Below, one piece after another: positions 55,364 through 64,000 of a stretch of 64,000 bases of DNA. The DNA comes from the human T2T-CHM13v2.0 reference genome, Homo sapiens, in assembly GCF_009914755.1 (NCBI RefSeq), contig NC_060936.1; one strand, given 5' to 3'. The notes beneath the pieces are model-generated. The model was not told the origin of the DNA. It saw only the letters and a program-made list of their open reading frames with translations, and did no database searches. Position numbers and translations under genes: made by a program. How positions within the stretch are numbered: the stretch's first letter is position 1; each line of letters begins with the position of its first letter.

Positions 55364-58300
55364 TGCAGACTTTACAAAGACAGTGTCTCCAAACTCCTCC
55401 ATCAAAAGAAAGGTTATACTCTGTGAATTGAACGCACACATCACAAAGTAGTTTCTGAGAATGATTCTGTCTAGTTTTTATACGAAGATATTTCCTTTTC
55501 TACATTTGGCCTAAAAGCGCTTCAAATCTCCACCTGCAAATACCACAAAAAGAGGGTTTCACATCTGCTCTGTCTAAAGGACAGTTCACCTCTGTGAGTT
55601 GAATAGAGGCAACACAAAGAACTTACTCAGTATTCTTCTTTCTAGCGTTCTATGAAGAAATCCCGTTTCCAACGAAGGCCCCAAAGAGGTCCAAATATCT
55701 GCTTGCAGACTTTACAGACAGAGTGTTTCCAAACTACTCTATGAAAAGAAAGCTTAAACTCCTTGAGTTGAACGCACACATCACACAGTAGTTTCTGAGA
55801 ATGATTCTGTCTAGTTTTTATACGAAGATGTTTCCTTTTCTACATTTGGTCTCAAAGCGATTGAAATCTCCAACTGGAAACTGCACAAATAGGGTGTTTC
55901 AAATCTGCTCTGTCTAAAGGAAGGTTCAACTCTGTGAGTTGAATACACACACCACAAATAAGTTACTGAGAATTCTTCTGTCGAACATTACTTGAAGAAA
56001 TCCCGTTTCCAACGAAGGCCTCAAAGAGGTCCAAATATCCACTTGCAGACATTACAAACAGAGTGTTTCCAAACTGCTCCATCAAAAGAAAGGTTAAACT
56101 CTGTGAGCTGAACACACACATCAAAAAGAAGTTTCTGTGAATGATTCTGTCTAGATTTTATAAGAAGATGTTTCCTTTTCTACCGTAGGCCTCAAAGCGC
56201 TTGAAATCTCCAGCTGCAAATTCCACAAAAAGGGTGTTTAACATCTGCTCTTCTAAAGGAAAGTTCAACTCTATGAGTTGAATACACACAGCACAAAGAA
56301 GTTACTGAGACTTGTCCTATCAAACATTATATGAAGAAATCCCGTTTCCAACGAAGGCCTCAAAGAGGTCCAAATATCTGCTTGCAGACTTTACAGACAG
56401 AGTGTTTCCAAACTGCTCCATCAAAAGAAAGGTTAACCTCCTTGAGTTGAACACACACATCACAAAGTAGTTTCTGTGAATGATTCTGTCTAGTTTTTAT
56501 ACGAAGATGTTTCCTTTTCTACCTTTGGTCTCAAAGCGATTGAAATCTCCACATGGAAACTCCACAAAAAGAGTGTTTCAAATCTGCTCTTTCTGAAGGA
56601 AGGTTCATCTCTGTGAGTTGAATACACACACCACAAATAAGTTACTGAGAATTCTTCTGTGTAACATTATATGAGGAAATCCCGTTTCCAACGAAGGCCT
56701 CAAAGAGGTCCAAATATCCACTTGCAGACTTTACAAAGACAGTGTTTCCAAACTCCTCCATCAAAAGAAAGGTTATACTCTGTGAATTGAACGCACACAT
56801 CACAAAGTAGTTTCTGAGAATGATTCTGTCTAGTTTTTATACGAAGATATTTCCTTTTCTACATTTGGCCTAAAAGCGCTTGAAATCTCCACCTGCAAAT
56901 ATCACAAAAAGAGGGTTTCACATCTGCTCTGTCTAAAGGACAGTTCACCTCTGTGAGTTGAATAGAGGCAACACAAAGAACTTACTCAGTATTCTTCTTT
57001 CTAGCGTTCTATGAAGAAATCCCGTTTCCAACGAAGGCCCCAAAGAGGTCCAAATATCTGCTTGCAGACTTTACAGACAGAGTGTTTCCAAACTACTCTA
57101 TGAAAAGAAAGCTTAAACTCCTTGAGTTGAACGCACACATCACAAAGTAGTTTCTGAGAATGATTCTGTCTAGTTTTTATACGAAGATGTTTCCTTTTCT
57201 ACATTTGGTCTCAAAGCGATTGAAATCTCCAACTGGAAACTGCACAAATAGGGTGTTTCAAATCTGCTCTGTCTAAAGGAAGGTTCAACTCTGTGAGGTG
57301 AATACACACACCACAAATAAGTTACTGAGAATTCTTCTGTCGAACATTACTTGAAGAAATCCCGTTTCCAACGAAGGCCTCAAAGAGGTCCAAATATCCA
57401 CTTGCAGACATTACAAACAGAGTGTTTCCAAACTGCTCCATCAAAAGAAAGGTTAAACTCTGTGAGCTGAACACACACATCAAAAAGTAGTTTCTGTGAA
57501 TGATTCTGTCTAGATTTTATAAGAAGATGTTTCCTTTTCTACCGTAGGCCTCAAAGCGCTTGAAATCTCCAGCTGCAAATTCCACAAAAAGGGTGTTTAA
57601 CATCTGCTCTTCTAAAGGAAAGTTCAACTCTATGAGTTGAATACACACAGCACAAAGAAGTTACTGAGACTTGTCCTATCAAACATTATATGAAGAAATC
57701 CCGTTTCCAACGAAGGCCTCAAAGAGGTCCAAATATCTGCTTGCAGACTTTACAGACAGAGTGTTTCCAAACTGCTCCATCAAAAGAAAGGTTAACCTCC
57801 TTGAGTTGAACACACACATCACAAAGTAGTTTCTGTGAATGATTCTGTCTAGTTTTTATACGAAGATGTTTCCTTTTCTACCTTTGGTCTCAAAGCGATT
57901 GAAATCTCCACATGGAAACTCCACAAAAAGAGTGTTTCAAATCTGCTCTTTCTGAAGGAAGGTTCATCTCTGTGAGTTGAATACACACACCACAAATAAG
58001 TTACTGAGAATTCTTCTGTGTAACATTATATGAGGAAATCCCGTTTCCAACGAAGGCCTCAAAGAGGTCCAAATATCCACTTGCAGACTTTACAAAGACA
58101 GTGTCTCCAAACTCCTCCATCAAAAGAAAGGTTATACTCTGTGAATTGAACGCACACATCACAAAGTAGTTTCTGAGAATGATTCTGTCTAGTTTTTATA
58201 CGAAGATATTTCCTTTTCTACATTTGGCCTAAAAGCGCTTGAAATCTCCACCTGCAAATATCACAAAAAGAGGGTTTCACATCTGCTCTGTCTAAAGGAC

Positions 58301-61300
58301 AGTTCACCTCTGTGAGTTGAATAGAGTCAACACAAAGAACTTACTCAGTATTCTTCTTTCTAGCGTTCTATGAAGAAATCCCGTTTCCAACGAAGGCCCT
58401 AAAGAGGTCCAAATATCTGCTTGCAGACTTTACAGACAGAGTGTTTCCAAACTACTCTATGAAAAGAAAGCTTAAACTCCTTGAGTTGAACGCACACATC
58501 ACAAAGTAGTTTCTGAGAATGATTCTGTCTAGTTTTTATACGAAGATGTTTCCTTTTCTACATTTGGTCTCAAAGCGATTGAAATCTCCAACTGGAAACT
58601 GCACAAATAGGGTGTTTCAAATCTGCTCTGTCTAAAGGAAGGTTCAACTCTGTGAGTTGAATACACACACCACAAATAAGTTACTGAGAATTCTTCTGTC
58701 GAACATTACTTGAAGAAATCCCGTTTCCAACGAAGGCCTCAAAGAGGTCCAAATATCCACTTGCAGACATTACAAACAGAGTGTTTCCAAACTGCTCCAT
58801 CAAAAGAAAGGTTAAACTCTGTGAGCTGAACACACACATCAAAAAGAAGTTTCTGTGAATGATTCTGTCTAGATTTTATAAGAAGATGTTTCCTTTTCTA
58901 CCGTAGGCCTCAAACCGCTTGAAATCTCCAGCTGCAAATTCCACAAAAAGAGTGTTTAACATCTGCTCTTCTAAAGGAAAGTTCAACTCTATGAGTTGAA
59001 TACACACAGCACAAAGAAGTTACTGAGACTTCTCCTATCAAACATTATATGAAGAAATCCCGTTTCCAACGAAGGCCTCAAAGAGGTCCAAATATCTGCT
59101 TGCAGACTTTACAGACAGAGTGTTTCCAAACTGCTCCATCAAAAGGAAGGTTAACCTCCTTGAGTTGAACACACACATCACAAAGTAGTTTCTGTGAATG
59201 ATTCTGTCTAGTTTTTATACGAAGATGTTTCCTTTTCTACCTTTGGTCTCAAAGCGATTGAAATCTCCACATGGAAACTCCACAAAAAGAGTGTTTCAAA
59301 TCTGCTCTTTCTGAAGGAAGGTTCATCTCTGTGAGTTGAATACACACACCACAAATAAGTTACTGAGAATTCTTCTGTGTAACATTATATGAGGAAATCC
59401 CGTTTCCAACGAAGGCCTCAAAGAGGTCCAAATATCCACTTGCAGACTTTACAAAGACAGTGTCTCCAAACTCCTCCATCAAAAGAAAGGTTATACTCTG
59501 TGAATTGAACGCACACATCACAAAGTAGTTTCTGAGAATGATTCTGTCTAGTTTTTATACGAAGATATTTCCTTTTCTACATTTGGCCTAAAAGCGCTTG
59601 AAATCTCCACCTGCAAATATCACAAAAAGAGGGTTTCACATCTGCTCTATCTAAAGGACAGTTCACCTCTGTGAGTTGAATAGAGGCAACACAAAGAACT
59701 TACTCAGTATTCTTCTTTCTAGCGTTCTATGAAGAAATCCCGTTTCCAACGAAGGCCCCAAAGAGGTCCAAATATCTGCTTGCAGACTTTACAGACAGAG
59801 TGTTTCCAAACTACTCTATGAAAAGAAAGATTAAACTCCTTGAGTTGAACGCACACATCACAGAGTAGTTTCTGAGAATGATTCTGTCTAGTTTTTATAC
59901 GAAGATGTTTCCTTTTCTACGTTTGGTCTCAAAGCGATTGAAATCTCCAACTGGAAACTGCACAAATAGGGTGTTTCAAATCTGCTCTGTCTAAAGGAAG
60001 GTTCAACTCTGTGAGTTGAATACACACACCACAAATAAGTTACTGAGAATTCTTCTGTCGAACATTACTTGAAGAAATCCCGTTTCCAACGAAGGCCTCA
60101 AAGAGGTCCAAATATCCACTTGCAGACATTACAAACAGAGTGTTTCCAAACTGCTCCATCAAAAGAAAGGTTAAACTCTGTGAGCTGAACACACACATCA
60201 AAAAGAAGTTTCTGTGAATGATTCTGTCTAGATTTTATAAGAAGATGTTTCCTTTTCTACCGTAGGCCTCAAAGCGCTTGAAATCTCCAGCTGCAAATTC
60301 CACAAAAAGGGTGTTTAACATCTGCTCTTCTAAAGGAAAGTTCAACTCTATGAGTTGAATACACACAGCACAAAGAAGTTACTGAGACTTCTCCTATCAA
60401 ACATTATATGAAGAAATCCCGTTTCCAACGAAGGCCTCAAAGAGGTCCAAATATCTGCTTGCAGACGTTACAGACAGAGTGTTTCCAAACTGCTCCATCA
60501 AAAGAAAGGTTAAACTCCTTGAGTTGAACACACACATCACAAAGTAGTTTCTGTGAATGATTCTGTCTAGTTTTTATACGAAGATGTTTCCTTTTCTACC
60601 TTTGGTCTCAAAGCGATTGAAATCTCCACATGGAAACTCCACAAAAAGAGTGTTTCAAATCTGCTCTTTCTGAAGGAAGGTTCATCTCTGTGAGTTGAAT
60701 ACACACACCACAAATAAGTTACTGAGAATTCTTCTGTGTAACATTATATGAGGAAATCCCGTTTCCAACGAAGGCCTCAAAGAGATCCAAATATCCACTT
60801 GCAGACTTTACAAAGACAGTGTCTCCAAACTCCTCCATCAAAAGAAAGGTTATGCTCTGTGAATTGAACGCACACATCACAAAGTATTTTCTGAGAATGA
60901 TTCTGTCTAGTTTTTATACGAAGATATTTCCTTTTCTACATTTGGCCTAAAAGCGCTTGAAATCTCCACCTGCAAATATCACAAAAAGAGGGTTTCACAT
61001 CTGCTCTGTCTAAAGGACAGTTCACCTCTGTGAGTTGAATAGAGGCAACACAAAGAACTTACTCAGTATTCTTCTTTCTAGCGTTCTATGAAGAAATCCC
61101 GTTTCCAACGAAGGCCCCAAAGAGGTCCAAATATCTGCTTGCAGACTTTACAGACAGAGTGTTTCCAAACTACTCTATGAAAAGAAAGCTTAAACTCCTT
61201 GAGTTGAACGCACACATCACAAAGTAGTTTCTGAGAATGATTCTGTCCAGTTTTTATACGAAGATGTTTCCTTTTCTACATTTGGTCTCAAAGCGATTGA

Positions 61301-64000
61301 AATCTCCAACTGGAAACTGCACAAATAGGGTGTTTCAAATCTGCTCTGTCTAAAGGAAGGTTCAACTCTGTGAGTTGAATACACACACCACAAATAAGTT
61401 ACTGAGAATTCTTCTGTCGAACATTACTTGAAGAAATCCCGTTTCCAACGAAGGCCTCAAAGAGGTCCAAATATCGACTTGCAGACATTACAAACAGAGT
61501 GTTTCCAAACTGCTCCATCAAAAGAAAGGTTAAACTCTGTGAGCTGAACACACACATCAAAAAGAAGTTTCTGTGAATGATTCTGTCTAGATTTTATAAG
61601 AAGATGTTTCCTTTTCTACCGTAGGCCTCAAAGCGCTTGAAATCTCCAGCTGCAAATTCCACAAAAAGGCTGTTTAACATCTGCTCTTCTAAAGGAAAGT
61701 TCAACTCTATGAGTTGAATACACACAGCATAAAGAAGTTACTGAGACTTCTCCTCTCAAACATTATATGAAGAAATCCCGTTTCCAACGAAGTCCTCAAA
61801 GAGGTCCAAATATCTGCTTGCAGACTTTACAGACAGAGTGTTTCCAAACTGCTCCATCAAAAGAAAGGTTAACCTCCTGAGTTGAACACACACATCACAA
61901 AGTAGTTTCTGTGAATGATTCTGTCTAGTTTTTATACGAAGATGTTTCCTTTTCTACCTTTGGTCTCAAAGCGATTGAAATCTCCACATGGAAACTCCAC
62001 AAAAAGAGTGTTTCAAATCTGCTCTTTCTGAAGGAAGGTTCATCTCTGTGAGTTGAATACACACACCACAAATAAGTTACTGAGAATTCTTCTGTGTAAC
62101 ATTATATGAGGAAATCCCGTTTCCAACGAAGGCCTCAAAGAGGTCCAAATATCCACTTGCAGACTTTACAAAGACAGTGTCTCCAAACTCCTCCATCATA
62201 AGAAAGGTTATACTCTGTGAATTGAACGCACACATCACAAAGTAGTTTCTGAGAATGATTCTGTCTAGTTTTTATACGAAGATATTTCCTTTTCTACATT
62301 TGGCCTAAAAGCGCTTGAAATCTCCACCTGCAAATATCACAAAAAGAGGGTTTCACATCTGCTCTGTCTAAAGGACAGTTCACCTCTGTGAGTTGAATAG
62401 AGGCAACACAAAGAACTTACTCAGTATTCTTCTTTCTAGAGTTCTATGAAGAAATCCCGTTTCCAACGAAGGCCCCAAAGAGGTCCAAATATCTGCTTGC
62501 AGACTTTACAGACAGAGTGTTTCCAAACTACTCTATGAAAAGAAAGCTTAAACTCCTTGAGTTGAACGCACACATCACAAAGTAGTTTCGGAGAATGATT
62601 CTGTCTAGTTTTTATACGAAGATGTTTCCTTTTCTACATTTGGTCTCAAAGCGATTGAAATCTCCAACTGGAAACTGCACAAATAGGGTGTTTAAAATCT
62701 GCTCTGTCTAAAGGAAGGTTCAACTCTGTGAGTTGAATACACACACCACAAATAAGTTACTGAGAATTCTTCTGTCGAACATTACATGAAGAAATCCCGT
62801 TTCCAACGAAGGCCTCAAAGACGTCCAAATATCCACTTGCAGACATTACAAACAGAGTGTTTCCAAACTGCTCCATCAAAAGAAAGGTTAAACTCTGTGA
62901 GCTGAACACATACATCAAAAAGAAGTTTCTGTGAATGATTCTGTCTAGATTTTATAAGAAGATGTTTCCTTTTCTACCGTAGGCCTCAAAGCGCTTGAAA
63001 TCTCCAGCTGCAAATTCCACAAAAAGGGTGTTTAACATCTGCTCTTCTAAAGGAAAGTTCAACTCTATGAGTTGAATACACACAGCACAAAGAAGTTACT
63101 GGGACTTCTTCTGTCTAACATTATATGAAGAAATCCCGTTTCCAACGAAGGCCTCAAAGAGGTCCAAATATCTGCTTGCAGACTTTACAGACAGAGTGTT
63201 TCCAAACTGCTCCATCAAAAGAAAGGTTAAACTCCTTGAGTTGAACACACACATCACAAAGTAGTTTCTGTGAATGATTCTGTCTAGTTTTTATACGAAG
63301 ATGTTTCCTTTTCTACCTTTGGTCTCAAAGCGATTGAAATCTCCACATGGAAACTCCACAAAAAGAGTGTTTCAAATCTGCTCTTTCTGAAGGAAGGTTC
63401 ATCTCTGTGAGTTGAATACACACACCACAAATAAGTTACTGAGAATTCTTCTGTGTAACATTATATGAGGAAATCCCGTTTCCAACGAAGGCCTCAAAGA
63501 GGTCCAAATATCCACTTGCAGACTTTACAAAGACAGTGTCTCCAAACTCCTCCATCAAAAGAAAGGTTATACTCTGTGAATTGAACGCACACATCACAAA
63601 GTAGTTTCTGAGAATGATTCTGTCTAGTTTTTATACGAAGATATTTCCTTTTCTACATTTGGCCTAAAAGCGCTTCAAATCTCCACCTGCAAATATCACA
63701 AAAAGAGGGTTTCACATCTGCTCTCTCTAAAGGACAGTTCACCTCTGTGAGTTGAATAGAGGCAACACAAAGAACTTACTCAGTATTCTTCTTTCTAGCG
63801 TTGTATGAAGAAATCCCGTTTCCAACGAAGGCCCCAAAGAGGTCCAAATATCTCCTTGCAGACTTTACAGACAGAGTGTTTCCAAACTACTCTATGAAAA
63901 GAAAGCTTAAACTCCTTGAGTTGAACGCACACATCACAAAGTAGTTTCTGAGAATGATTCTGTCTAGTTGTTATATGAAGAAGTTTCCTTTTCTACATTT

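Larger units (their letters stand above)
1..64000 (-). repeat. Centromeric alpha satellite HOR array, 8-mer of 1,359 bp, SF1 dimeric type; probably D12Z3 (S1C12H1L)
   Basis: Seen: ~170-bp monomers, ~340-bp dimers, and anchor TGCAGACTTTACAAAGACAG (occasionally with a 1-base variant) at 1, 1360, 2719, 4078, 5437, 6794, 8153, 9512, 10871, 12228, 13587, 14946, 16305, 17664, 19023, 20382, 21740, 23099, 24458, 25817, 27176, 28535, 29894, 31253, 32610, 33969, 35328, 36684, 38043, 39401, 40760, 42118, 43477, 44836, 46195, 47553, 48911, 50268, 51626, 52985, 54344, 55364, 56723, 58082, 59441, 60800, 62158, 63517 (units U1-U48). Conventional alphoid orientation is on the minus strand. Alpha-satellite identity is near certain. 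The chromosome 12 assignment (about 0.75) is inferred from 8-mer SF1 structure with one HindIII and one PvuII site per unit, two EcoRI sites ~680 bp apart and no consensus RsaI site. Confidence 0.99.

Noticed and set aside
1-64000. CRISPR-like regularly spaced conserved motif (GAAATCCCGTTTCCAACGAAGGCC every ~340 bp)
   Set aside because: It is the CENP-B box region; the intervening sequences are homologous repeats, not unique spacers, and there are no cas genes.
1-64000. Transposon insertion, inversion or unique island
   Set aside because: Every anchor-to-anchor interval is 1,356-1,359 bp (one is 1,020), leaving no room for an insertion, and all boxes lie on the same strand.
1-64000. A previously undescribed biological system encoded here
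   Set aside because: Everything visible is explained by a known class of centromeric HOR array and its recombinational turnover; novelty is limited to array-specific variant architecture.

Overview
The whole 64-kb window is one uninterrupted, single-orientation array of human-type centromeric alpha satellite. It is organised as a 1,359-bp, 8-monomer higher-order repeat (HOR) of four A/B dimers (340+340+339+340 bp), with a CENP-B box every second monomer (suprachromosomal family 1 pattern). The best fit is D12Z3 (chromosome 12 active array), with D10Z1 the alternative 8-mer; I cannot confirm this without alignment. Counting from the anchor TGCAGACTTTACAAAGACAG there are 46 full 8-mers, one 6-mer deletion variant (54344-55363) and one partial unit. 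I see no genes, RNA genes, transposon insertions, inversions or CRISPR. The three ORFs in the track are chance read-throughs, each traceable to one or two single-base variants. I found no new protein- or RNA-encoding system. The extra information is in the SNV layer: nested multi-HOR duplications (offsets 5,434, ~20,380, 4,076, 2,717 and ~4,073 bp) that can be partly time-ordered, chimeric junction HORs, short inter-monomer conversion-like patches, and repeated CENP-B box loss. All variant positions and counts were read by eye and need confirmation by alignment.
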